Shown one piece after another: positions 49,063 to 61,569 of a stretch of 64,000 bases of DNA. How positions within the stretch are numbered: position 1 is the first letter of the stretch; each line of letters begins with the position of its first letter. Below the pieces are notes generated by a model. That model was not told the origin of the DNA and did not search any database. It was given only the letters and a program-made list of their open reading frames with translations. The DNA comes from Klebsormidium nitens. Its lineage: Eukaryota; Plantae; Klebsormidiophyceae. The stretch lies in contig DF237169.1 of NCBI GenBank assembly GCA_000708835.1, positions 73,390-137,389 of the forward strand. The letters are read 5' to 3'. Made by a program: the position numbers and the translations under genes.

Positions 49063-50170
49063 GGCGTAAAGCTGTTTGGTTCGTAGATGGTCTGGGCGCC
49101 AATTCAGGCAAAGAGTACAGTGGCTACCAGACTGATTGACTTGTAGAATGTATCATGGTGGCCGATGAGTGTCAAGTATCTAGAGTTCTCCTTGCCTGTA
49201 GCAACCTCATGATGGCTAGATTCGCGCTCCCGGTTACCAGCTAGCCTACTTTGGTCTCACATCGTGCTGTCTGATCTGGTCCGAAGCGGCCGTTTTCCCA
49301 CATGAGATCGTCCTTGTAAACAGCTCCTGTCGTACAGAAAGGGGAGTTTTCCAGCCTGGTTGATGCGCGGTGATGTCCTTTTTACAGCTCCGCTTGCGTG
49401 CGGTTCATCGACAACGGAAGCGGCAACCAAATCACTCTTAGCATGTGCTGGGGATTATACAGAACCCGGTATAATGGACATGCCAGCTGTATGACGCGAT
49501 CCCTACCTAGAGAAATTCAGAAATTGGCCGCGGCCGACTCAATTCCTTCCAAGCACAGAACACTCGTCCATCACGCGCTCATAATACTTCTCGCAGGCTT
49601 CCGACTGCACATGCATTCACACGAATTCCGAGGCTCGCTCGACACTGACTCGGATTCGTCCCTGCATTAGGAAACCGTTCGCATTCACGATCCGCGTCCC
49701 GGGAGCTGTTGCTTGTGATTGACCACCTGTGATAGAACGGACATCCGCCGCTCCCTTCAGTATACGGGACGACTAGCGGGAATCGCATGCATATTTGATC
49801 CAAGCTGTAGCTGGCAACGACTGCACAGAGTCTCTTATATCTTGACTATATATGCACGGAAGCTCGGACGGCTTGCTGTAAGGCGGCCGCCGGAGACGCA
49901 TCCAAAACATGCTTCCACTAATCCAACATGCGTTGTGCAAGCAGAAAGAAGGGTGCGCGTAAAGACGGTGAACCATGTGTACGGCTTGCTCAACAAAGTA
50001 TTCCGCCTTACTGTGTGGTATACTGGCCATGACAGAAGCAATCATACGAGAATCTGAGCCACGTCGCTCTTTACAAAACCCAATTACTGTAACTACGCTG
50101 TCCAACTGTACAGAAGTTGCCCTAACTTTCAGAACATGGTTTGAGATAAGCCAATTACTTTGTTAAAATA
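49063..50170 (-). pseudogene. Decayed SF1 (Upf1/DNA2/ZNFX1-like) helicase C-terminal region, left copy
   Basis: MASIPHSKAEY (IASFPS.EFY), LVVPY, ITSNSSRDAD(I)V, GFLMQGRIRVSVERA. Distal coding remnant LTLIGHHDTFYKSISLVAT..A*. Stops and frameshifts. Clear nucleotide similarity to 61570-62730. Confidence 0.5.
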
Positions 50171-50417
50171 AACAGCCAAGCGAATCTCCTGAACACCAGA
50201 TTGCCCGTCCTAACGTTCTTCGTACACAATAATAAGTCAACAAACTGAGAGATGCTTACTTTCTCTGCTGAGAACGTTTTGCAAGGGATATCTATAAACT
50301 TCGCCATACTAGAGTACAACGTTAATTACAAGGGCTCAGCTAAGCTGGGAAGCGAAGCCCTCTGTGGAACTCCAACTTCGAGCCCGTTGCCAATTGCCTA
50401 AATGCCTCTGATTTTTT

Positions 50418-52655
50418 TCACAGAAAAAAATCAGCTTCAATCTCCAGATCTTGGTTCCAGTTGCGGACCAGGTCGCGCGCCATGTCGAACGGCGACCAGG
50501 GCTGATCCACCTGCAATTGCAAATACGCGGCCCACTTTAGCCGGAGGGACGTACGTTGCGTCACTTGTTGCTGTCTTGGCAGCTTGCCATCGAAAAGGTA
50601 ACTAAACCGTTGAAGCGTCAGAAGCAGCAGGCGAATCAATCGCAAGTTTTATCTCGTCTGACATTGTGATAAGCTGTCGGGACGACTTCCCTCGGAACGG
50701 AGTCAAAAGCACGAAGAGCCCTCTCGAGTCCTGCCCTTTCCCTTTCGAGTCTCAATCTTTGCAGCCATATTGTGACCCGATCTGGCGACTGGCAACATCC
50801 TGGGCCCACTGCTCATGCCGACACTCACCATTGAATCACCTTGAGGTCGTCCACTGAGCTCGTTTCGCAAACAGAGGCGACCGGTCGGTCCTTCTGCACA
50901 CTCGCGGGCTGCTTTCCGTCGTTCCGCTTGGTCGCCTTCCGCTCGGTCCTGTCCCTGCTGACGAGGGAATGGCAACGTTCCCTGCCCTGGCGAACAAGCA
51001 GAGACAGCAGATATGAAAATCAGCCTCGCCACAGCACATGTTCCAATCTGTGTCCACTTCTGCAAGTCAAGGATGATGGTGAGCGAGAACAAGACCCCAT
51101 GCGCGTTGTCTGTAGACTGAAGGGCGGGCTGATAGAGCGATTAGTCTCCCACCCTGGACATTCAGGACACGGCAGAAAAGTCAAGAGGTGAAGCAGACGA
51201 AAAGCGGCGTCGCAACGGACAGGAAAGCAAGTAAGGACGTTGCCCACCCTTCGTCTACTTGATATCATAGTCCGCCAAAACTATGTTGATTAGTTCCTGT
51301 TCCGACATTGTCACAGTGAAGCCCACCGGAATGACGCCCTTTTCTCCTTCGTATAAGATTGTAAGCCATTCGAGTACGACTACCTACATCCGAGAATCAT
51401 AGACCAGGCTTGGAAACTCAAAAACCTGAGGACAAGTCGGAGGCCTCAGGTTCGCCGAAGGCTGCACTAAGCGCACTTCACAAAAGAAAGCTGCAACTTG
51501 TGAGTTCTACCCCCACCTTCCTCAAACATAGGCCATGTTAAAATTCTGTCTTTGTGGTACCGAACGGCACAGCAAGCCCCAAATGTTTTGAGATCTTGAC
51601 GGCCAGGATCGCGTGGGCCCCAAAAAGACTCACAGCAATAAGGGCGGAACGTTCCCTTCAGGGATTTAGGATACATTCAGATCTAGAGGCACCAGAGATT
51701 GCGAGTTGCTTCAATTGATCGACTCACGTGATTGGTCCTCAGACGGGGCTGTACCGTCAGAGCCGGAAAAAAAGCTTTGCGGTGGCTTTCAACACGTCTC
51801 GTCCGTCGTAAACTTGCAATAATTGAAGCAGATTCTTGACCATCAAGGAACCTCAAGCTGGCCACGTGCTCAAAGATGGAATCCACTATTTTTTTAAAAG
51901 CTCCGGGGCTACTCACTCTCCTTGGCCTTCCCCCCCGCACCAGCCTCGTCCTTGTTCATCCCTGCCTCACCGGGCCCCTGCGAATCGGCCAGCTCGAACA
52001 GCGTTTGCTCGTCCCCTCCCAACCGCCTGCGTTTCACTCCCCTCTGGTCTAAGCGACCACCCTCGGCTCCGGCCCCCTCGGATCCGAACGCCCGGGCAAA
52101 CGCCTCATCGTCCCCGTTCTCCAGGCTGCCAGAGGGGTTTCCCTTGGGGTCCGGCTGCCGCCCCTGGGCGTCCTTGAGAGCGGGCTCCAAGTTTGCCGCC
52201 ACCGTGCAGAAGCGGCGCAGACTCGATTCGTGCCTCGAACTCTCATCGGAACACCGAGTGAGGCACCGCTCGAGGGCTTCCGGGATTTCGTCGTGGTGAC
52301 GGCACACGAGCGCTTCGATCACGGAACGAAGCTCACTCTTGGACAGCTGTTGCATGCGGCCTCGATACTTCCCTGCTCGGTACTCCTCGGGACTGCAGCC
52401 GTTCCCGCAAGGAACGTCAAAGACGGGGAACCAGTCGGGGACCTGTACCAGGGGTGCGCAGAAATGCTGCTCAGAGTTCCACACGTTGTCTTCGTCTTTA
52501 CTGACCATTTCCGATGATTGAGGTGCTTCAGAAGAAGTCACTAGGATGCAGAAAACCTTGCTGACGGCCTTTGTGCAATTCTGGCACCCCCGCTTGAAGT
52601 GCCAGAATCCGAACCGACATTGCTTGTGTGAAGTTTTTCCTGGCGATGCACACAC
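50418..52655 (-). CDS. Orphan gene (3' exons), paralogous to the plus-strand gene at 58508-61328; may be the 3' part of the 54275-57290 gene
   Basis: Long open exon ~52655-51917 (DWFPVFDVP..RMQQLSKSELRSVIEALVCR), a candidate exon 50954-50840, and last exon 50510-50418 VDQPWSPFDMARDLVRNWNQDLEIEADFFL*. Not all exon phases could be reconciled. Confidence 0.6.
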
Positions 52656-54274
52656 CTACAAAAAGACTTGATTGAAAGGCAGAACAGGGCTTCTAGGCTT
52701 CCGCTTGTTATAATGTCCGCTAGGCATTGGAAGAGGTAGGTGACAGTCAGCGGTTGAGGTGACGCTTAGCAGATTACCTTGCAAAGAACTGAACTAATAG
52801 CCTTTTTCAGGGAAATGCCAATCGTTAAAAGTCCTTTTTAAACGTGGGCTCATCTCGACCGACTCGCCTCCGCTTCCTGCAGTAGACTCCACAAAGGAAA
52901 TAAACAAAAGCCCGCGGATTATAAAAGCCTTGTAACACTATTACATGGGCGTCGACCAGCCAAGCGCTGGACAAAGGAGCGGCACCACCTTGAGATTGGA
53001 AGTCCAACCTGTAATGTTGATGGCTTTTGGTTTTTCAACCATCTGGTCACAAACAGACGGGCCCCAGAAGAATGGTTGATGTTCAGCATTTACCGGCGTG
53101 CGAATCAGATGAACACAAGCAAACTTACAATTTGGTCAGCTTAACCAGGCTGCTATTGTTCACAGCAGCAAGAAAAGAGCAGGAGTGTAGTCGGAGCACA
53201 TCCAGCCACGCATCTGCTCTGCTACACGAATGGTTCCTTCTCACCAGATATTGTAGGATGAACATAGATTAGTGAGCATAGAGGCGCACTGGACGAGAAG
53301 ACCGATACCCCTTTCTGCGGTGAGCCGAGAGAGAGAGCCGTCCTTGCGTATCGGACTTTTCTGTACTATTGTTCAGCAAGTCAGATAGCGAACGAAAGAG
53401 CACAGTAAGGTCATCTGGTTCTCATTCCTGTGCTGGCTAATGGCCACCCAGATTACACTGTTGAGTCGTCGCCCTTTTGGCCCACTGATGAAAGCAGAAG
53501 AAACTTATCCCAGCCATCCCCGGGCAGAAGCGAGAGGATGTACGTACCTTGCTGCTCCTACTTCTCGGTCCACTTGCTCCCTTCGAAGCCTTCATCATGT
53601 GAGAGGCAAGTTGCTGAAGGTCGGAGCGCCGCAAGGGCTAAAGAAGCGTGCTAATCTGCTGCAGCTTTCCGTCTCTTGTGAAGACTAACGCTGCTCTGCA
53701 CCCAGAAGAAAAGCGCAACTGTTCTAAGCACAGTGGCGACGAACAGCAGTACTAACTTACGTTGCGTAGATTCTGAGAAGCAGAGCGCACCATAATCGGA
53801 TACTTCGTCAGCAATCAGGCTTACAGCAACGAAAAACCGGTGTCTTTTTCTTTTCCTCTTTTACTTTTCCTTCATGCTTTCACAAGGCATCCTCCACCAA
53901 AGAGAAACTTTCCACAAAAATCAGATGCCATCCTAATGTGGCAAAGAGACGCTTCGATCTCTCTTATTTCTTTGATCAAAGGCTGCGAAAGTCCTGAGAA
54001 GACGGGAGCCAGATCCTCTAAGCAGAATGACAGGTGACTAAATGCAACGTACTGCTGATATACCTTACAATCTGATATGAAAGGACCATATGCGAAGGGT
54101 CGAAGCGACCAATCGGAAGTCAGTCTACAGAAAGGCCAACAACAAGGACGCAGGTCAACGAAGGAAGGCCTCTTTCAACCTTCACGATTCGCTCATTAAG
54201 CAAGAAATCCAAGCCCGTCATCGATATAGCTTTTCAAAGACGCTGCCAGCTCAATTCCCACCCGCAAAACTCAC

Positions 54275-57200
54275 TTTGGATCTTCGCCCATTCCCGGCTC
54301 GAAGGGTAATTGTGACCCGCCCTCCGTCCCTTTGCACCAACCCAATCCGTTGGAAGAGAAATTATCCTCAGCAACGCCTCGCTCCTCGCGGGAAGTCTCA
54401 GGCTGCAGAACCCCAGGGACATCGCCCTCCACTTTCACGGGGAGGGGCTCGTGAGCAGTGTGAAGTAAAGAGTCGCTCCTGGGGATCCCCTTGTCGTCAA
54501 CCCCAAGCTCCCAGTTGCTCTGCCCCTGCCTAGCAGTACCGTTCGCCCCGTTTCCGGCCTGCTCTCTACTATCCCGCCGTCGCTTATTGCTTCTTGACTC
54601 GGGCCTGTCACCCCCAGGCGGCAGTTCCCCGTTCCCCCCACTGTCTGTCCCCCCACCTCCGCCTGGGCCGCCTCCAGGCGATCCGCCAATGTTTCCCAAA
54701 GGACCGCGCAGAGCATCGATGACGCCGCACCCAACAGAATAGAGGATGCACTGTGCTGGTCCAACTGGCCTTTGGAGCTGATGCTCCAGTACGTGAAGTG
54801 CGTCCCTGTTGCCTCTGCAATGGACCAAGCTCCAAGAGATCACGGAGTCCAGGTCGGCATCGTCAACCCCCAGAAGGCGCCTCGATGGAGCCGCCCCATG
54901 TTCGATCCTTTGTTCCTCGGGGTTCCACTGCAGTGGGTAAAGAAAACATCTTTGTGCAGGTCATACCATTAGCCAGCATCAGGTGCTTGCAGAAATGTAC
55001 TAGCAAATGCAGCATGCACTGCCTTATGTAGCTTCTTGCACTGTGCATGCCCACAACAGCTTAGAAAGCGGTGTACTTTGTCCTGTTGCTTCCCTCAAAC
55101 CCCAAGAAGACTTCTCGCTTGGCAGTTCCAAAAGCTTCTTTCTGAAACGCGGGTATCAGTCTGATCGCTCTTGGCAGCAGAATTCTGTCAGACTACACAC
55201 AACCTTTTCATTTCCCTGACACGCAAGAAATGGTTCTTCTTTACCTTGCGGTCAGTGTGATGCAAGATGTGGCCTGCGAAGTCGCGCTTGCTATCCGGCC
55301 CTGCAATACCGCTGAGCTGGATGAACAGGGATTGAATCCTTAGCCGCTCACGCGGTGCTGCTTCTTTGACCAGTATTTCCACTATCCGCTTCAGATTGCT
55401 GTCAAGGGCATCCCCCTGGAGATGGGCTCGGCTCCATTCTGCCGTGCTCCTAAAGCCACTGACAGCGCAAGCCCGGGGTGCCTCCACCATTTGGCCTGCT
55501 GGGTTAGGGGTATCCTGAGCTGCCCCCCCTGCTGTGTTTTCGCGGGGCACTCCTCTGGTCCTTGATCTTCGGACTTGCGTACTATTGACCTCCCCTATCA
55601 ATAATGGGGCGTTAGGAAAGCGTCCCAGCAGGTTTTCCTGCCCAGCCTCTTCTTCTTGATCGCCCTGGCTCAACTCGCCTGACGTGTTATCCGAGAAGAG
55701 TACCTCGGCAAGGGATCGCAGGTGAGAGTTCTGGGGCTCCTGCTGGGCAGTCCCTGAAAGCAAAGGAAGGCGATTGGTTTGCAGGGGCTGCCTGGGATGG
55801 TCAAAAGTACAAGTAGCTGGCTTGAATAATGATTGGGCCAGTACAGTGGTGGGGAGTCAAGTGATCTTGAACCTAGATTGATGGAGGATGAAAGGGGTGT
55901 AAGAAGCTGTTGGTGGCTGAAGGCTGGCCAAAGGTTGAAGAGGCAGGGTTACACTGCAAAAGGATCTGTCACCTGGCAACTCTTTTCTGTGTCGAAGGTA
56001 GCGGGCAGAAGACAAGCTTGCTCGCTCGAGTCAACTGATACACTAACATACCTCTGCCCACAGCCTTTAGGGCAACAATGCTGCCAAGCTTTTGCTCAAG
56101 CAAGACTCACCCTGGACATGGGGGAGGGTTCGACTAAAAAGGGCTCTCGAACACAGCGGAGGGCCTATGCAAGCAGCATTGGAAAACACGTTGTTGACAA
56201 TGCAGTGCTAGGGTGATAATATCCATTCAAAGCCTCTTTGATAGCAGGAAGTCATGGATGAGCTTCGTTGTAGGAAGTTCAGAGAGAAAGAGAGGCCTGG
56301 GGCCATACCGTTGAAAGTTCCCCGAGTTCCAGTAGCGCCTGCATCTGTGCCTGGCCTTGACAGCAGTACGCCAAAATCCGGTGCGCTCAACTCGGAGCAG
56401 TCGCAATCTGTGTTGTTGACTGTATCAGTACTTGCAGATTGGTAGAATACAACAATGCGCAATCCTGAATCGAACATGTATTTCTCAGGTTCTTTTCAAT
56501 GAATCGCAGCTACATGCTGACCGCATCCACAGGAAGCGTACAGGTAGAAAAGAGCATCTTGCCGCATTTCCAACAGCATTCTTTTGAGGCCTTCTTTTAC
56601 AAACCAAGGTCAGGTCAAAGAACTGGGCAGCTTTATCTACACCTTAGAAACACTCTGCCGAAGTTACTGGATTGAGCTAGTTTGTGCAAAGAATCGCAGC
56701 TGTTCGAGTTATGACTTTTTACCCAGCACGACATCAGGGGAGGTTGGCGTTGCGATCATGATGTAAGCAAACAAACTCTTACCAGCTTGCAGCTGCTCCA
56801 GGAAGGAATCAATAAGGTTGTTCTCTGTCATCTCCGTCGGCATTCTGTAATTCTTTTCAAAAGCCTTTATGAAAGGTTTGGATCTATTGTGTGGATTCTT
56901 CATGTCAGCATCCTCTGGCCAACTCCATCTCCCCCGCAGTTGTCTGCAAGGGCCAGACCCGCAGCGCGCGGAGGCTTGACCTATGTGTTTTTGCAGCGCT
57001 TTGAGCCCCTTATCAAGATCGGCCGGCCCCAGCTTCTCCCCTGCAAGCTTACAGACGTGGGCCTTCAGAAAACCCTGATAGATGGACTTGGCTGCAGTCC
57101 GGACACCCCTATTTGGCTTCTTTTTGACAACAGGGATGGGACCCCTCGGATCATGCTGGGAAGAAGGTAGCCCATCAAGGCATCGGTCCTCCATTTGAAC

Positions 57201-57290
57201 AGTTAACCCGGATTGAGCGCCTGGGTCAACTTCAGAGCCCATTCCCGAATCCTTCATTGCCATCTCCAGTTGTTCAAAAAGAGTGTCCAT
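54275..57290 (-). CDS. Uncharacterised multi-exon gene (at least 589 aa), 3' end unresolved
   Basis: Four exons with mutually consistent phases and GT-AG ends: 57290-56783, 56407-56309, 55753-55245, 54927-54275 (ends at a GTGAGT donor). No domain recognised. Confidence 0.7.
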
Positions 57291-57803
57291 CGCGACAGAA
57301 GCCTGCTTTGCCCCTTCACGATACAAGTGACATTTCCTTTACTCCGACACTCTGCGTGCGAAGCTGGCTTCCACATATAGGGGTGTTACGTTCACCCATA
57401 GATCCAAATTCAGGGGCAATCTAGCAACACTTGGATTTGGGTTCTGCATTTAGGGCTCCCATGAGGAGCCGTCCTTCTAGCGCCCCCAATTAGCAGGTGC
57501 TCACTCAGTGCTCACTTCTGCCACAATCTGACTCGACGTACCTGAAGGCTAACATGGGTCCCAGCCACTTTGCTTACCCAGGTTGGAGTCGTGACTCGTG
57601 GGGCCGTCGGCGTAGCTTACCCATGGCCGCCAAGATGATGGCCGGCCATGGCGACGAGCATCGAGTCCCTAGGGCCTACTAGGCCCCTCGTCGCTACCGA
57701 AGTTGATTTCCGCAGCCAGCTGCCAGCTGGCAGCCGTATGGACACACTCCTGCGTACGGTATCAAAGGCCGGCATGCGGCGTATCGCTTGCACGGCGAGG
57801 AGT

Positions 57804-57997
57804 CTGGTAACGCAAGTGTGCCCTAACCGCGGTGTGCCCTAAGATAGGCACCCGGGGGACGGGTAGGGTTAGGTTGGTGGTTAGGGTGGGTTCGTGAGCG
57901 GAGCGTGTAAATGTTTGGGTTAGGATTTTTAGTTTGTTTGGTCGGGGTCTACGGATCTTAGGGCACACTGCTCTTACTAGCACACTTGAGTTACCAG
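57804..57997. mobile_element. MITE-like element, 194 bp, with 18 bp terminal inverted repeats
   Basis: CTGGTAAC(G/T)CAAGTGTGC at 57804-57821 and its reverse complement at 57980-57997 (1 mismatch). Inner perfect 14 bp inverted repeat GTGTGCCCTAAGAT (57832-57845 / 57955-57968). Right flank TA; left TA absent. Confidence 0.75.
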
Positions 57998-58149
57998 TAT
58001 GCGGCGAGATGATCTGGTCAAGTTAATGCCGGCATTTGATGCCACCATGATGCCGTCATCATACGGTATGTGGGATCTGGGCACCGTCGCCCGTCAAAAC
58101 CATCTGTCACCCGTGAGCCGTGCGCCCGCTAGCGCCAGCTTGCCCATCG

Positions 58150-58400
58150 ATCCTGCGTGGAAGTGGGACTACGTAGTGGGTCCTTGCCACTAGTGCATGA
58201 GCTTCGAGGACCTAAATCAAAATATGTACCTACTACTACTTCAGAATTCAAGCACAGTGGCGGCCGGCCATGGGCCAGCCAGTGCATATTTGAGAGGTCA
58301 CGGACAAACGCTGGCTACAAGAGGCGATGGGGACCATTTCAGCAGTCGATGTAACTTGTAAGCTTGGAGCCTTGAGACATGCGTGACTCATATAAATATA
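58150..58400 (+). pseudogene. Possible decayed SF1 helicase motif III fragment
   Basis: SQCIFERSRTNAGYK...FQQSM resembles SLFERL..AG....L..QYRM. Weak match. Confidence 0.25.
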
Positions 58401-58507
58401 GCGCATTCAATCGCTTTGTGCGCTCATTCCAACTCACAGGCACACCGAGGCAACAACAGCCAGCACTAGCTGCGCACAACTAGTGCTGCGTCTAGAATCT
58501 GCCCGCC

Positions 58508-61328
58508 ATGAATCCGTTAACCAGCTCCTCATTCCTTGTACTCTTCCTGCGAGCAGTGTTGCTCGACCTGTTTCCAAATGCAGAAAAAGTTGAAGAGTTC
58601 CTGAATGCGGCGGGCATCAAGGACTCCGGTGGGGGGCGCAGGTTAATGGTGGTCCACTACCTTTACAGCATGGTGGACGACCTTCTGAGGGACACGAGCG
58701 CCGGCGGGTAAGTTCAGAAGAATAATTCACCAGCTTCGCCTTAACTTGGAAAAAGCCTTGTCACTGCTGTTCACATACACAACTGCTCCGAATCCATCAA
58801 GGAGATCAGAGGAGGCTTTCTTACCAAAACCTCAGTTTCTTTCTCCCATAAAGTCCTGTTCACAGGGCCCACTGGCAAAGCATCAAAAGATTATGAGCCA
58901 TGAAGCAAGGTTTTGTGCAGAAGTGGCAGTGCCTGCAAATTCATACGATTCGGAGGAGGACGAAGAAGATTATTTTAGCTTGATGAAAAGTGAAACTCAA
59001 GTCACTCGCGGTACGTTTCCTCTACTCGGACCTTGAAATAATAAGAGATTCATCCCCCAAAAAGGCTGATTGCAGTGCACAGAGCACCCCAACGAGATTC
59101 CAATGTTGTGGGCTCACCAAACGTCCATCTAAATCTCAATCTGAAGGCTCACTCAAAACAGAAACCTGACTTTTCTTAATGCAGACTGGACGCCGATGTC
59201 GTTGACCCCAGCGGAAAATTACGAGCTGCTGACGTCATCTTCAAAAACGCAGACACCCTCTCACTGGAAAGCCTCGTGGCTGGCCTGTACCATGGTCTGA
59301 ACCAGTATATGCGGGACAACAAACGTCTGACCGACAAGGTGAGGCTAGAGGATGTGTGAACGGGCCATGCTTGTGTAAAGGTGGTTTCTCGAGTAGATGG
59401 AGTTTCACTGCGGGCAAGTGGTGTCTTGCCCCGTCACAACAAGTCCTTAGACCTGTATGCTTTTGAGCAGAAAAGGAAGCCGAGGGTTTTGAGAGCATGC
59501 ATTCACGAAGAAGGTCATCTGTAAGCTGATCGTGCTCTAAAATGAAGAAGGCCAGTCTGCGCGTGGGGGCCGTTCAGAATATGCAGTGTCAAGCCTGTAT
59601 GTCGTGCAAAGAAGAGGCAGTTGGGCTTCTAAGAAGGCTGTGGCTATCAAGTGTTTCAAATCATCAGGTAAAACCGCTGACAGGCCTCCTTTATCGAATT
59701 GAAGTCCGAGTCCATACTGCAAGCTCATTCCTTTCTTTTTGATCCCACATGGCATCCAAGGCTTCTCCGGGCTTCCCGACCGAAGGCTTGCGCTACTCCC
59801 AACAGACTTGCCTCCATCACTTTCCTTCACAGATCTCGTGGCCCCGGACGTTCGGTGTGCCGCGCTGCCAAAAACTCGGCCAGCGTGGCCTCCTCTCGGC
59901 GATCGACTACTTTTTGGCCCGCGCCAAGCAGGATCCCGCGCTCTGCCGGGCCCTCCTCGCGTACCTCGACAACTGGTTCAGCGACCCCAGCACGCGCCAC
60001 TGCGTCATCACGGTGCGAGCAAGCGCGCGCGCCTGCCTGAACTACCTCCTCGGTGCCGCTGACGACACCACCCAGGATGCTGACGTCAGCAGCCAGAGAG
60101 ACGCTGTGCTCGTCGGTGCGGCTGACGTCACCACCCAGGATGTTGACGACAGCCAGAGCGGGGCTGTGCTCCTTGGTGCCGCTGACGTCACCACCCAGGA
60201 TGTTGACGTCAGCAGCCAGAGCGGCGCTGTGCTCCTCGGTGCCACTGACGTCACCATCCAGGATGTTGACGTCAGCAGCCAGGGCGGCGCTGTGCTCCTC
60301 GGTGCCGCTGACGTCACCACCCAGGACGTTGACGTTCTCACCCAAAACGGTGCTTTCCTGCCCGCGGACGGGGGTGACGACATCCTCCAGGAGGTGAGTG
60401 CAGAAAAGAGACACGTAGAAGGCTCTGCTGGCGAAGACCTGATTACTACGATCCTATCAAAGCGGGTTTCAAAGGCCGCTGGATCGGAGTCCCCCGGCCC
60501 CCGAGCTGGGCAGTCATGCTGGCACGATAACATTGCGGCTTGTCTCGGTGAGACTTATTAACCGGCACAAGCTGGAGTGACGTACTGTGCCTTGTGGACG
60601 TCGATCAAGCCGGTTGACACGTTGTGGTACAGGACTCCATCTCGATATCCATTTTTTCTTACTGTGACAGGACGGAAACTGCACTTATTAAGGAGAGCGG
60701 AACGGACCATCTTTTCTATCATTGCAGGCTGGCTGGTATGGCTTAGATGGCCCTACCTGGATCGAGGACTACTTTGGCCGTGCGGAAGAGAACGCTGGTG
60801 CGGCAGTATCTCTGCACTCGCCCACCGTGCCCGTTCAGGTACGACCTCCTTCGACTGCCTTTGTATGCATGTAGTGGAAAACAGCGTCATCACTTCGAGC
60901 CTTTTCCCTTTGGTCCAACGATGGTTAGTTTGATTCCGTCCGTTGAACACTGCCGAGGACCTGGGACGCTAAAGATTCTTGCTTTTCCACTAGTGTCGAA
61001 TATCTGGCTCGACGGCGCCTTAAACAGATTGGAACGCGGACGAAATGGAAAACATGATCGTTCTGCTAGACTCCTTCCTGCTGGCGGCTTAAAATCATCT
61101 TGAAGAACTGCTTGCGAAGATAACGACGCGGTCGAAGTCTAAAGTGGCCTGCGTTTTTTGCAGGTGGATCAGCCGTGGTCGCCGTTCGACACCGCGCGCG
61201 ACCTGGTTCGCAACGGAAACGCGCCCCTCGTTCTCGACTGCCTAGGTCCTGTCGCCATGGAGATGGCGGAAGGCGAGGACGCCGTTGATGCGGCCCATGA
61301 TTTGGAGATGCAAGCTGCCTTTCCGTAG
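58508..61328 (+). CDS. Orphan protein (~359 aa) with a 21-aa internal repeat, paralogous to the 50418-52655 gene
   Basis: Phase-consistent exons 58508-58707, 59185-59338, 59833-60393, 61164-61328. Last exon VDQPWSPFDTARDLVRNGNAPLVLDCLG...AAFP*. The start is uncertain; an upstream exon at 57648-57806 is possible. Confidence 0.75.
60052..60363 (+). repeat. Coding tandem repeat, 5 x 63 bp (one unit 60 bp)
   Basis: GAADDTTQDADVSSQRDAVLV / GAADVTTQDVDDSQSGAVLL / GAADVTTQDVDVSSQSGAVLL / GATDVTIQDVDVSSQGGAVLL / GAADVTTQDVDVLTQNGAFLP. Confidence 0.95.
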
Positions 61329-61569
61329 AGAAATCTGGAGTTGTTCTGTGAAATTGGCAACAGGATTGATTTTGGAGTCCCGTTAGAGGGCTCCACAGCC
61401 TGAACCCTTGTATTCAAAGGCGTAAGATCGTCAAGACTTACAGTTATTTAGTTGTAGTACGTACTTAAGCAATGACAGGATCATGTAATGTTGACTATTC
61501 TCCGTGTATGTATAATGATCGGGTCAGTGGACCGACATATATACTCCGCTAGAAAGGAACTTACTCTGC

